Below are positions 1-9,195 of a stretch of 64,000 nucleotides of DNA, one piece after another. Each line of letters begins with the position of its first letter. Position 1 is the stretch's first letter. The notes below the pieces were generated by a model that saw nothing but the letters and a program-made list of their open reading frames with translations, made no database searches and was not told where the DNA came from. This DNA is from Faecousia sp. (lineage in GTDB: Bacteria > Bacillota > Clostridia > Oscillospirales > Oscillospiraceae). The position numbers and the translations under genes were made by a program. Location of the stretch: the NCBI GenBank assembly GCA_045635105.1, contig JAZRBN010000025.1:8054-72053 (forward strand), read 5' to 3'.

Positions 1-499
1 TTGCATCGATATGTTGATTGACCAGGCGGGTTCTACACTGACGGAGAAGTTTATCAAGGAACTGCATTTTGTGTTGAAAACCGGTACCAGTGATAGCCGC
101 AAGGATTGGTTCAAAGTTGGCGAGTATAAGAAGCTGCCCAATGAGGTAGGCGGTAATGACACCACACTCCCGGAAAATGTTGCCGGTGAGATGCGCAAGC
201 TGCTGGCAGACTATAACGCGTTACCTTCTAAGACTTTTGAGGACATCGTGGCCTTCCATGTAGCTTTTGAACGCATCCATCCCTTCCAGGACGGAAACGG
301 CCGTGTAGGCCGCCTGATCCTCTTCAAGGAGTGCTTGAAGCACAATATCGTACCTTTCATCATCGAGGACAATCTGAAATTGTTCTACTACCGAGGTCTC
401 AAAGAATGGGACTACGAAAAAGTTTTCCTTATGGATACCTGCCTAACCGCCCAGGACCGATTTAAAGTATATTTGGATTATTTCAGGATTGAATATTAA
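1..499 (+). CDS. Fic/DOC family protein, 5'-truncated by window edge
   Basis: Canonical Fic motif HPFQDGNGRVGR; reading frame is open from position 2, so the true start lies upstream of the window. Confidence 0.9.
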   Translation, partial: CIDMLIDQAGSTLTEKFIKELHFVLKTGTSDSRKDWFKVGEYKKLPNEVGGNDTTLPENVAGEMRKLLADYNALPSKTFEDIVAFHVAFERIHPFQDGNGRVGRLILFKECLKHNIVPFIIEDNLKLFYYRGLKEWDYEKVFLMDTCLTAQDRFKVYLDYFRIEY

Positions 500-507
500 T
501 GTGTTTT

Positions 508-535
508 GTGTCCAACTTCTAATGGAGTTGGACAC
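508..535. terminator. Hairpin between convergent genes, probable bidirectional terminator
   Basis: GTGTCCAACT...AGTTGGACAC inverted repeat. Confidence 0.6.
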
Positions 536-643
536 TTACATTTTTTTGTCTGCGTTTCCGGCGACGAAACACAAACAAGCCATCACAAAGCCAAAACAGC
601 TTGCTAAGGGGACAATCCAGATTAAATGCCACGCGCTGATCAT
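536..643 (-). CDS. 35-aa single-TM small protein MISAWHLIWIVPLASCFGFVMACLCFVAGNADKKM
   Basis: GGAGGT RBS 6 nt before ATG at 643; hydrophobic helix with short charged tail; shorter than the 62-aa ORF in the track. Confidence 0.55.
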   Translation of the reverse strand: MISAWHLIWIVPLASCFGFVMACLCFVAGNADKKM

Positions 644-730
644 ACAGCCACCTCCGGACGGATTTATTCTGATGCAGGGAATACAAATGGATTCACTCCT
701 ATAACTTATGTTTATTTTTGCCAATTGATG

Positions 731-758
731 TTGATTTTATTCATAAATTCGTTATAAT
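731..758 (+). promoter_or_regulatory. Sigma-A promoter of the GH2 cluster
   Basis: TTGATT-16nt-TATAAT. Confidence 0.55.
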
Positions 759-833
759 GGAATAGAGAATACAATCTCAGCGGGTGGCTAAGAAAACACC
801 TGCCACGAGATTCATTTTACGGAGGCAAAAACT

Positions 834-3224
834 ATGGAAATTCGCAACTGGCTGATGGACTATGAGGCGCATAAGGATTTATCCTGTACGGTTCCCTGTA
901 CCATGTATGGCACTTTGCTGGAACACGGTCTAATTGAGGACCCCTATTATCGGATGAATGAAACCCTGTACACTGCGTACAGTGAAAAGGACTGCACCTT
1001 CCATACGACCTTTGAAGTAGGCAGCGAAACCTTGGATAAGGAGTATGTGTACTTAAACTTCTACGGACTGGATACCCTGTGCGACATTTACTTAAACGGC
1101 AAGAAGCTGGCATACACCACCGATATGCACAGACTCTATTCCTTTGATGTAAAATCCCGGCTGGTTTGCGGTGAGAACACCCTGCGCCTGGCATTCAAAT
1201 CTCCCACAGTGTATGCCAATGAGATGAATAACAAGTGCTTCCTGTGGATCAATCCGGACACTCTGCCCGGCGCTGCCCATCTGCGGAAGTCCATCTGTAT
1301 GTTCGGCTGGGACTGGGCGCCCAAGCTACCGGATATGGGCATTTTCCGCAAGGTAGAGCTGGACGCTTACGATACGGACAAGCTGGACGATGTGTTCGTG
1401 CAGCAGAAGCACCGCGACGGCAAAGTAACCTTGACCGTTACCGCCGAGACCAAGCAGGGGAAAGCTTGCGATATCTATTTCTCCATTGCCGGTCAGCGGG
1501 TCAAGCTGGAAGACGGTCAGGCAGAAGTGGTCATTGAAAACCCCAAACTGTGGTGGGCAAGAGGCTACGGCGAGCAGTATCTGTACGAAACCAAGACCGA
1601 GCTGGTACATAACGGCGAAATCATCGACAGCAAGGAAACCAAAATCGGTCTGCGCACCCTGGATATCAGCACCCAGCGGGATGCCAACGACGATACCTGC
1701 GCAGAATTCTGCTTTGTGCTCAACGGCATCAAGATTTTTGCTATGGGCGCCAACTATGTGCCCCAGGACAGCCTGCTGTCCCGGATTACCCCTGAGCGCA
1801 CAAGACGGCTGCTGGAAGCCTGTGTGGATGTAAACCACAACTGTATCCGGGTATGGGGCGGCGGCTATTTCCCGGATGACGATTTCTATGATACTTGCGA
1901 CGAGCTGGGACTGATTGTGTGGCAGGACTTCCTGTCCGCCTGCTACGGCTTCTGGCTCCACGATGCCTTCAAAGAGGACTATATTCAGGAAGCCATTTAC
2001 AACATCAAACGTATGCGCAATCACGCCTGCCTGGGTATTCTCTGCGGCAACAACGAAATGGAGCGGAACTTTAAGGACTCTCCGGAGCTGTTCGGCAGCG
2101 AGCGGCAGCAGCAGGATTACATCGAGCTGTTTGAGCGGATTCTTCCTAACCTGTGTATGAAGTATGCGCCCCAGACCTATTACTGGCCGTCCTCTCCCTC
2201 TTCCGGCGGCGGTTATGTGGATGTAACCAAGGAAGAGATTGGTGATACCCACTTCTATTCTCCCGTGGCAGACTACGAAAAGCACAATTTCCGTTTCTGC
2301 TCCGAGTATGGCTTTGAATCCTTCCCGGATATGAAGACCATTCGCTCCTTTGCTGAGGAGCAGGACTGGAATGCATTTTCCCGGGTTATGGACTTCCATC
2401 AGAAGTCCCGTATGGGCAACAAAACCATTGTGCAGAATATGTCCAATCATTTCCTGATGCCTTACCGGTTTGATACCTTTGTGTACGCCAGCCAGGTATT
2501 CCAGGCTGACGAGACTGACCGGGCGGTGCAGCATTTCCGCCGGATTCGCGGTGTGTGTATGGGCTCTCTGTATTGGCAGCTGAATGACTGCGCGCCTGTT
2601 GCCTCCTGGGCAAGCCTTGACTATTACGGAAGATATAAGGCTTTGCACTATGCTTCCCGCCGGTTCTATGCTCCTGTGGCGCTGGGTCTGTTTGTCAGCG
2701 GTAATAAGCTGACTGTAAACCTTGCCAATGAACAGCTGACCGGCTTTGCCGGTAAGCTCTCCGTGAAACTGTGCCGCAATGACCTGTCGGTGATTGAGGA
2801 AGAAACCTGCGCAGTTTCTACCGACGCGCTGATTTCCCGGGATGTGTTCACCAAGACCTACACACCGGAGGATATTTACAGCAATTACCTGTCCGTTACC
2901 CTCTATGATGGGGATGGCAACAAGGTCTTCCAAAAGACCGCGCTGTTTGTAAAGCCCAAGTACTTCCAGTTCTTGAAACCCCAGATTGCGGTGAACTTTG
3001 AAAAGCTGGGTGAAAAGACCGCAAAGGCAACGGTAAAATCCGATGTGTTTGCTATGCGCGTAGGTCTGGACTTTGCCGATTTTGACTGTGTGCTGTCTGA
3101 CAACTTCTTTGATATCTGTGAGGCAGGGGAGTACACCGTAACCTTCGCTACCGACCGCACAGTTGAGGAACTGAACAACAGTCTGGAAATTAAGTCTGTG
3201 TACGACATTGGCGTGAGCGGTTAA
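834..3224 (+). CDS. GH2 beta-mannosidase
   Basis: FGWDW, RVWGGG, WQDF, CGNNE (acid/base), SEYG (nucleophile), YWQLND; GGAGG RBS. Confidence 0.9.
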   Translation: MEIRNWLMDYEAHKDLSCTVPCTMYGTLLEHGLIEDPYYRMNETLYTAYSEKDCTFHTTFEVGSETLDKEYVYLNFYGLDTLCDIYLNGKKLAYTTDMHRLYSFDVKSRLVCGENTLRLAFKSPTVYANEMNNKCFLWINPDTLPGAAHLRKSICMFGWDWAPKLPDMGIFRKVELDAYDTDKLDDVFVQQKHRDGKVTLTVTAETKQGKACDIYFSIAGQRVKLEDGQAEVVIENPKLWWARGYGEQYLYETKTELVHNGEIIDSKETKIGLRTLDISTQRDANDDTCAEFCFVLNGIKIFAMGANYVPQDSLLSRITPERTRRLLEACVDVNHNCIRVWGGGYFPDDDFYDTCDELGLIVWQDFLSACYGFWLHDAFKEDYIQEAIYNIKRMRNHACLGILCGNNEMERNFKDSPELFGSERQQQDYIELFERILPNLCMKYAPQTYYWPSSPSSGGGYVDVTKEEIGDTHFYSPVADYEKHNFRFCSEYGFESFPDMKTIRSFAEEQDWNAFSRVMDFHQKSRMGNKTIVQNMSNHFLMPYRFDTFVYASQVFQADETDRAVQHFRRIRGVCMGSLYWQLNDCAPVASWASLDYYGRYKALHYASRRFYAPVALGLFVSGNKLTVNLANEQLTGFAGKLSVKLCRNDLSVIEEETCAVSTDALISRDVFTKTYTPEDIYSNYLSVTLYDGDGNKVFQKTALFVKPKYFQFLKPQIAVNFEKLGEKTAKATVKSDVFAMRVGLDFADFDCVLSDNFFDICEAGEYTVTFATDRTVEELNNSLEIKSVYDIGVSG

Positions 3225-3252
3225 AACCCGCAGTTTGAAAGGACGTGCAGTT

Positions 3253-4761
3253 ATGTTTCAATTTAACAATCCTATTTCCGTAAGCGTATGTTCCAATGGA
3301 AAATGGCGGCCCAATGCCGGCCAGGTTTCCATTGAAAACGGTGGTGTTTACCTCACCACCGACGCCGCATCCTGGGTGCGGATTGACTGGGAGGCAGATT
3401 TTTCTCCCAATGCCCTGGTGATGGGCGATGCCTGGGAGCGTTCCTACGGCACACTGGGCTGGCGTACCATCGGTGAGCCTGCCTTCCACCCCTGGTACTT
3501 CGCAGTGAAGGATGGGGAGAAGACGCAGTGCTTCGGTATGAAGACTGCCCCTGCCGCCATCTGCTCCTGGACACTTACCTGCAAGAGCATTTCATTGCTT
3601 ATGGACGTGCGCTGCGGCTGTCTGGATACTCTGTTTGACGGCAGACGGGTGCTGCTTGCCCAGCTGCTGTATTTGGAGGGTACAGAAAACGCCCATGCGC
3701 TGCTGCAAAAATTCTGCTCGATGATGTGCGACAAGCCTGCGCTGCCCAAGACTCCCTTCTACGGCGGCAACGACTGGTACGCCGCCTCCGGTGTGAATAC
3801 CTTCGAGTCCGTATTGGAGCTGTCTGACATTCTGGCAGAATGCTCTCAGGGCCTGAAAAACCGTCCCTATCAGACCATTGATGCCGGCTGGCAGCTGTTA
3901 CATAACTGGGTTTTGAATGAGGAATATATTGGCGGTCCGTTCCGCTATCCCAACGATAAGTTCGGCGATATGAAGAAGATGGCAGATGCCATCAAGGAGC
4001 GGGATATTCACCCGGGTATCTGGATTCGTCCGCTGGAAACAAAGGAGTATCTTCCTGAGGGCACTACCTTGCGGAGAAAGGGTACGGTCAAGGTGATTGA
4101 CCCCTCACATCCCTACTCCAAGGAAAAGCTGGCAGGGGATATCCGTACACTCCGTCAGTGGGGCTATGACTTGATTAAATTTGATTTCCCCACCTATGAC
4201 ATCTTTGGTAAGTACGGCTTTTCTATGAATCAGTCTGTGGTAGAGGGCGACTGGGCGTTCTATGAGCGGCATAAAACCTCTGCCGAGATCATTCTGGAAT
4301 ACTACAAGTTGACGGCAGATGCAGCCGATGGCGCATTGATCAACGCCTGCAACTCTTTGAGCCATTTGAGCGCCGGTCTATTCCCCATTTACCGCATCGG
4401 CGACGACAGCTCTATCAATAAGTTTGAAACTACCTTGAAGATGTGTGTCAACACCCTGGCATTCCGGGGCGTTCAGCACAATAACTTCTACTGCGCCGAT
4501 GCTGACTGCGTCAGTATCACCGGCAATGGCCTGTGGGAGGGTAAGAACTCCGAGTTCCTGCGGCTGCTGTCTTACAGCGGCACGCCTGTTACCGTTTCCA
4601 TTGAGACTAAGTTCTACTCCAAGGAGATCCGCGAGGCAGTCAGCACTGCTTTCGCTCTGGGCTCTGAGGAGCATGAGGTTGCCCGTCCCCTGGATTGGGA
4701 GGAGAACCGTATCCCCAGATGCTGGCAGACCTTTGACGGTGAAAAGACATTTAATTGGTAA
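3253..4761 (+). CDS. Clan GH-D (GH36/GH27-like) alpha-galactosidase-like glycoside hydrolase
   Basis: IDAGWQ, YPNDKF, LIKFDF (nucleophile Asp), RIGDD (acid/base); start moved to ATG 3253 after the AAAGGA RBS. Confidence 0.7.
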   Translation: MFQFNNPISVSVCSNGKWRPNAGQVSIENGGVYLTTDAASWVRIDWEADFSPNALVMGDAWERSYGTLGWRTIGEPAFHPWYFAVKDGEKTQCFGMKTAPAAICSWTLTCKSISLLMDVRCGCLDTLFDGRRVLLAQLLYLEGTENAHALLQKFCSMMCDKPALPKTPFYGGNDWYAASGVNTFESVLELSDILAECSQGLKNRPYQTIDAGWQLLHNWVLNEEYIGGPFRYPNDKFGDMKKMADAIKERDIHPGIWIRPLETKEYLPEGTTLRRKGTVKVIDPSHPYSKEKLAGDIRTLRQWGYDLIKFDFPTYDIFGKYGFSMNQSVVEGDWAFYERHKTSAEIILEYYKLTADAADGALINACNSLSHLSAGLFPIYRIGDDSSINKFETTLKMCVNTLAFRGVQHNNFYCADADCVSITGNGLWEGKNSEFLRLLSYSGTPVTVSIETKFYSKEIREAVSTAFALGSEEHEVARPLDWEENRIPRCWQTFDGEKTFNW

Positions 4762-4782
4762 AATAAAACAGGAGGTATCCTT

Positions 4783-5469
4783 ATGAAGCGTTCTGAAATC
4801 AACAAGGCTCTGAAAGAACTGGAAGCTATGTGCGAAAAGCACCATTGTTATCTGCCCCCCTTCTGCCACTTTACCCCCGAGCAGTGGCAGACCATCGGCC
4901 ACGAGTACGACGAAGTGCGGGACTGTATGCTGGGCTGGGATATTACCGACTACGGCATGGGTGATTTTGACAAGTTCGGTTTCTCTCTGATCACCATTCG
5001 TAACGGCAACCGGGCAATGGAAGAGAAGTACCCCAAGGTGTATGCGGAAAAGCTGCTGTATCTGAAAGAGGGTCAGTATGCCCCCAACCATTTCCACTGG
5101 TTCAAGACCGAGGATATTATTAACCGCGGCGGCGGCAACTGCCTGATTCGGGTGTATAACAGCCTGCCCAACGAGGAAATCGACTATGAATCCGATGTAA
5201 CTGTCCATACCGACGGCAGAACCTATACCGTTCCCGCCGGCACCCAGATTCGCTTGACGCCCGGTGAGAGCATTCACGTGCAGCAGTTTTTGTATCACGA
5301 TTTTGCCGTGGAGGAGGGCACAGGCCCTGTGCTGCTGGGTGAAGTGAGCCAGTGTAACGACGACAATACCGACAACCGGTTCAATCCCCCCGTAGGCCGT
5401 TTCCCCACCATCGAGGAGGACGAAGCGCCCTACCGTTTGCTGTGCAACGAGTATCCCGCAGCCAAATAA
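4783..5469 (+). CDS. D-lyxose/D-mannose ketol-isomerase (cupin, DUF1498 type)
   Basis: MKRSEIN start, LGWDITD, YAEK, HFHWFKTEDIINRGGG, GEVS..NDD..DN. Confidence 0.9.
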   Translation: MKRSEINKALKELEAMCEKHHCYLPPFCHFTPEQWQTIGHEYDEVRDCMLGWDITDYGMGDFDKFGFSLITIRNGNRAMEEKYPKVYAEKLLYLKEGQYAPNHFHWFKTEDIINRGGGNCLIRVYNSLPNEEIDYESDVTVHTDGRTYTVPAGTQIRLTPGESIHVQQFLYHDFAVEEGTGPVLLGEVSQCNDDNTDNRFNPPVGRFPTIEEDEAPYRLLCNEYPAAK

Positions 5470-5488
5470 GTGAAAGGATAAAAACACT

Positions 5489-6439
5489 ATGCTTGATGTA
5501 GTTGCTTTGGGCGAACTGCTCATTGATTTTGCCTGCGTGGAAACCGATGCTGACGGCTATCCCACTATGGCTGCCCATCCCGGCGGCGCGCCGGCAAATT
5601 TCCTGGCGGCACTGTGTAAATACGGCTATCATACTGCCCTTTTGGGCAAGGTGGGTGATGATGCCTTCGGTAAGATGCTCATTGGCACTCTCCAAAAGGC
5701 AGGCATCGAAACCTCCGGCCTGGTGGTAGACCCGGGTGTGTTTACAACCCTGGCATTCGTTACCTTTGACGAAACCGGAGACCGTTCTTTCAGCTTTGCC
5801 AGAAAGCCCGGCGCGGATACCCAGCTGCGGTTTGAGGAAGTGGATTTGAAGCTGATTGATGAGGCGAAGGTGTTTCATTTCGGCACCTTGTCCTTAACCG
5901 ACGAGCCTGTTCGTTCCGCTACCTATCAGGCGGTGGCTTATGCCAAGTCCAAGGGAAAGCTGATTACCTATGACCCCAATCTCCGCAAGCCCTTGTGGAG
6001 CGATATGCAGCAGTGCAAAGAGCAGCTTCTGTGGGGCTTACAGCAGGCAGATGTGGTAAAAATCAGCGACGAAGAGGTGGAGTTCCTCTTTGGCTGCACC
6101 CCGGAGGAGGGCGCCGATAAGCTCTTGAATGAATACGGCGTAAGCTTAGCAATGGTAACCCTGGGACCTAAGGGCGCATTCCTGAAAAATAAGACCGCTT
6201 CCTGCTATGTGGCCTGTCCCAAGGTCAGCCCGGTGGATACCACCGGTGCCGGCGATATTTTCGGCGGCAGCGCGGTGAGCCGTTTGCTGAAACTGGGCGT
6301 TGCTCCGGAAAACCTGAATGAGGAGCAGCTGCGCTACGTGGGCAGCTTTGCTTCCACCGCAGCCAGCCTGTCCACTGAGCATTCCGGCGGCATTCCCAGC
6401 ATTCCCGATGAAAATACGGTAAAAAGTCGACTCTCTTAA
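5489..6439 (+). CDS. PfkB family carbohydrate kinase (fructokinase-like)
   Basis: GELLIDF, GGAPAN, YDPNLR, DTTGAGD. Confidence 0.9.
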   Translation: MLDVVALGELLIDFACVETDADGYPTMAAHPGGAPANFLAALCKYGYHTALLGKVGDDAFGKMLIGTLQKAGIETSGLVVDPGVFTTLAFVTFDETGDRSFSFARKPGADTQLRFEEVDLKLIDEAKVFHFGTLSLTDEPVRSATYQAVAYAKSKGKLITYDPNLRKPLWSDMQQCKEQLLWGLQQADVVKISDEEVEFLFGCTPEEGADKLLNEYGVSLAMVTLGPKGAFLKNKTASCYVACPKVSPVDTTGAGDIFGGSAVSRLLKLGVAPENLNEEQLRYVGSFASTAASLSTEHSGGIPSIPDENTVKSRLS

Positions 6440-6445
6440 TATTAC

Positions 6446-6480
6446 CGCCCGTCCGTGGAAACCGGACGGGCGATATTTTT
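6446..6480 (+). terminator. Rho-independent terminator
   Basis: CGCCCGTCCG...CGGACGGGCG followed by T-run. Confidence 0.7.
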
Positions 6481-6491
6481 GCAAAAAAGCC

Positions 6492-6519
6492 TTGCATTTT
6501 CTGTGTTCTATGCTATAAT
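6492..6519 (+). promoter_or_regulatory. Sigma-A promoter (extended -10) for the CNNM gene leader
   Basis: TTGCAT-16nt-TATAAT with TGn before -10. Confidence 0.7.
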
Positions 6520-6548
6520 TGGCAGTAATATCTTTGAAAGGAGATTCT

Positions 6549-6644
6549 TTGACAACTATGGACGACGGCGACAGTAATCCCGATACTCCTCCTTTATGTC
6601 ATAAGTTTGTACAGGCGAAGCGTAGTCCTCACATTCGTGTGTAG
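6549..6644 (+). CDS. Putative regulatory leader peptide (MTT)MDDGDSNPDTPPLCHKFVQAKRSPHIRV
   Basis: AAAGGAG RBS 6537-6543, in-frame TTG 6549 and ATG 6558, TAG 6642-6644; acidic/Pro N-terminus; absent from ORF track (too short). Confidence 0.6.
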   Translation: MTTMDDGDSNPDTPPLCHKFVQAKRSPHIRV

Positions 6645-6675
6645 GATATAGGCTTTGCCTTTTGCGCGTTTTTTT
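6613..6675 (+). terminator. Attenuator hairpin in the CNNM gene leader
   Basis: AGGCGAAGC/GCTTTGCCT outer stem, TCCT/AGGA and CACA/TGTG inner stems, TTCG loop, then T-rich tract. Confidence 0.6.
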
Positions 6676-6705
6676 GGGAATTTGTGATGAAAAATCGGAG
6701 GAATT

Positions 6706-8028
6706 ATGAATAAATCCATTGTTTTAACCATACTTTTGCAGATTGCGCTCATTGCCTTGAATGCAGTCTTTGCCTGCGCGGAAATCGCTGTGATTTCTAT
6801 GAATGACAACAAACTTGCCAAAATGGCGTCTGACGGAGATAAGCGCGCCATTCGGCTTAGCAAGCTGACGAGCCAGCCAGCCCGCTTTTTGGCTACCATA
6901 CAGGTTGCCATCACCCTGTCCGGCTTTTTGGGCTCTGCGTTTGCTGCGGAGAACTTCTCTGAGCCTTTGGTGGACTGGCTGATTGGCCTGGGCGTAACCG
7001 TGGACCCCGGTGTACTGGATACTGTGGTGGTTGTGTTCATCACCATTATACTGTCCTATTTCACGCTGGTGTTCGGCGAGCTGGTACCCAAGCAGGTGGC
7101 TATGCGCAAGGCGGAAGCTCTGGCTTTGGGTATGTCCGGCCTGATCAGCTTTATCGCCAAGGTGTTTGCTCCCTTGGTAGGTCTTTTGACTCTGTCCACC
7201 AACGGTATTTTGCGGTTGCTGGGGATTGATCCCAACGCCCAGACCGAGGAGGTCAGTGAGGAAGAAATCCGTATGATGGTGGATGTGGGTAACGAAAACG
7301 GCACCATCGATAACGAAGAACGGGAATTCATTCAGAATGTCTTTGAGTTTGACAACCTCCCCGTAGAAGAGATTATCACCCACAGAACAGATGTGGTAAT
7401 GCTCTATTTAGAGGACAGCTTGGAGGCGTGGGACCAGGCGATTTCCGAAAGCCGGTATACATACTACCCGGTATGTAATGAAACCCCCGACCAGATTGTG
7501 GGCGTTCTCAATACCAAAATCTACTTCCGTATGAAGGACAGAACCAAAGAAACGGTGATGGAGCAGGCGGTGGTGGATGCCTATGTTGTGCCGGAATCCT
7601 TGAAGGCGGATGTGCTGTTCCGCAATATGAAACGGGAGCATGAGCAGTTTGCGGTGGTGCTGGACGAATACGGCGGTATGAGTGGTATTATCACCATTAA
7701 GGACTTGATTGAGGAACTGGTGGGCGATTTGGAAGACGATGTTACCCCCGAGGAAGAGGTTGAGCAGATCATTCAGCTGGAAGAAGCCTTGTGGCAGGCA
7801 GACGGAGGCGTTTTGCTGGAGGAACTCTCCGAGGCGCTGGAAATGCCCCTGGAATCCGAGGAGTATGATACCCTCAACGGTCTCATTTTCCACCATTTGG
7901 GTACTTCTCCGGAGGTGGACGATGTGGTGGAATTGGAGGGCCTTTCCATTACCGTTACCAAGATGCACAATTATCAGGTGGAAACCGCAGTGATTCGCAA
8001 GCTGCCGGTGGAAACCCCGGAAGAATAA
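6706..8028 (+). CDS. CNNM/CorB (hemolysin family, DUF21-CBS-CBS-CorC) Mg2+ transporter
   Basis: NAVFACAEIA, FGELVPK, CBS pair, VLDEYGG, C-terminal CorC domain (YDTLNG). Confidence 0.92.
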   Translation: MNKSIVLTILLQIALIALNAVFACAEIAVISMNDNKLAKMASDGDKRAIRLSKLTSQPARFLATIQVAITLSGFLGSAFAAENFSEPLVDWLIGLGVTVDPGVLDTVVVVFITIILSYFTLVFGELVPKQVAMRKAEALALGMSGLISFIAKVFAPLVGLLTLSTNGILRLLGIDPNAQTEEVSEEEIRMMVDVGNENGTIDNEEREFIQNVFEFDNLPVEEIITHRTDVVMLYLEDSLEAWDQAISESRYTYYPVCNETPDQIVGVLNTKIYFRMKDRTKETVMEQAVVDAYVVPESLKADVLFRNMKREHEQFAVVLDEYGGMSGIITIKDLIEELVGDLEDDVTPEEEVEQIIQLEEALWQADGGVLLEELSEALEMPLESEEYDTLNGLIFHHLGTSPEVDDVVELEGLSITVTKMHNYQVETAVIRKLPVETPEE

Positions 8029-8031
8029 TGA

Positions 8032-8067
8032 AAAACGAGACTTTTACCTGAGTAAAAGTCTCGTTTT
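8032..8067. terminator. Bidirectional terminator
   Basis: AAAACGAGACTTTTAC-CTGA-GTAAAAGTCTCGTTTT between convergent genes. Confidence 0.85.
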
Positions 8068-8074
8068 GCTTGTT

Positions 8075-9025
8075 TTATGCCAGTCCTTCCAGCAATTCCA
8101 TCAGCGCGGTCATAGCCTTTGTGCAGAATTTGTTCTTCTTATAAGAGGCATAGATGTTTCGGGTGTTGTGCCGGGTGGGCAGGCAGTAGAATACAATGTT
8201 TTCCTGGTTCACGCCCCGGATATTCCGCACCAGCGTATCGCTGACCAGGGAGGCGGCAGTGCCTTGCTCCACATAGGAGTAAAGGTTGGTCAGCCGGTCC
8301 AGCTCAAACAGCACAGTAGGACTAAAATTTGTCTCTGTAAAAATGGCGTTGGTCTGTTTGCGGATATCATTGTCCCGGTTCATCAGAATAAAGGGTGTGC
8401 GGGAGAACTGTTCCAGCGGTACAGGCTTGGCGTTTTCCAGCCGGTTTTCCAGAATGTCCCGGTAATTCAGCTGATAGTCGCGGCAGGCATCGTTTTCCTT
8501 GAAAGCCTTGGGAACTGCCAACAGCAGATGCTCCGAGGCAAGATGCTTTTGGTAAAAATTCTCTGACGGCAGCACAGAGTTATCTATGACAAGATCCAGC
8601 GTGCCGTTGCTGATTTCGTTTTCCAGTGAGGTGGAGTTGGCGTCCATCAGCTTTAATTTGATTTTGGGATATGCCTGCATAAACCGGGATATGTATTTGG
8701 GAAGCACCAGAGATGACAGCAGCTGGTTGCTGCCAATGCGGAGCGAGCCTGTTTCCAAATGGTTCAGAGAACGGATATACTCGTCAAAAGCCCGTTCAAT
8801 TTCCCGGATTTGCTGGGTAGCGTGGATATATTCCTGACCGGCCTCGGTAAGCCGTATGGGCTTACAGCTGCGGTCAAACAGGGGCGTTCCCAGCTCCTCT
8901 TCCAAATTTTTCACCATCAGACTCAAAGACGGCTGGGCGATAAACAGCTTTTGCGCCGCTTTGGAGAAGCTCTGCTCTTTCGCGATGGTATAGATCAGGT
9001 CCTTTTTTCGAAACAGGTTATCCAT
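8075..9025 (-). CDS. LysR family transcriptional regulator
   Basis: SFSKAAQKLFIAQPSLS...LEEELGTPLFDR HTH. Confidence 0.92.
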   Translation of the reverse strand: MDNLFRKKDLIYTIAKEQSFSKAAQKLFIAQPSLSLMVKNLEEELGTPLFDRSCKPIRLTEAGQEYIHATQQIREIERAFDEYIRSLNHLETGSLRIGSNQLLSSLVLPKYISRFMQAYPKIKLKLMDANSTSLENEISNGTLDLVIDNSVLPSENFYQKHLASEHLLLAVPKAFKENDACRDYQLNYRDILENRLENAKPVPLEQFSRTPFILMNRDNDIRKQTNAIFTETNFSPTVLFELDRLTNLYSYVEQGTAASLVSDTLVRNIRGVNQENIVFYCLPTRHNTRNIYASYKKNKFCTKAMTALMELLEGLA

Positions 9026-9195
9026 TTTGCACCCTCTCTTCCTTACTTGTATAAGAATTGTATCATCTGTATATTAACTTGTCAATTTTAATTATAACAT
9101 ATTTATAATACTGATATTTTGCAAATTCAAAAAATTTTCATATTCATAGTAGCTTTTTTGTGCTATAATGCAAGAAAATCCAAACGAGAGGAAGA

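Noticed and set aside
489-704. 71-aa plus-strand ORF after the Fic gene
   Set aside because: No RBS, runs through the terminator hairpin, and overlaps a better-supported minus-strand peptide
1326-2933. Long antisense ORFs (also 14856-17249, 19935-21155, 27979-29292, 37884-39740, 55067-56377, 59217-60617)
   Set aside because: They mirror well-supported genes on the opposite strand, lack motifs and RBSs, and are expected shadows of biased codon usage
6706-8028. 'Hemolysin' as a virulence toxin
   Set aside because: The DUF21-CBS-CorC architecture is a CNNM/CorB Mg2+ transporter; the name is a legacy annotation
9051-9117. ATA-N7-TAT candidate LysR boxes at 9051 and 9105
   Set aside because: The region is extremely AT-rich, so such matches are expected by chance
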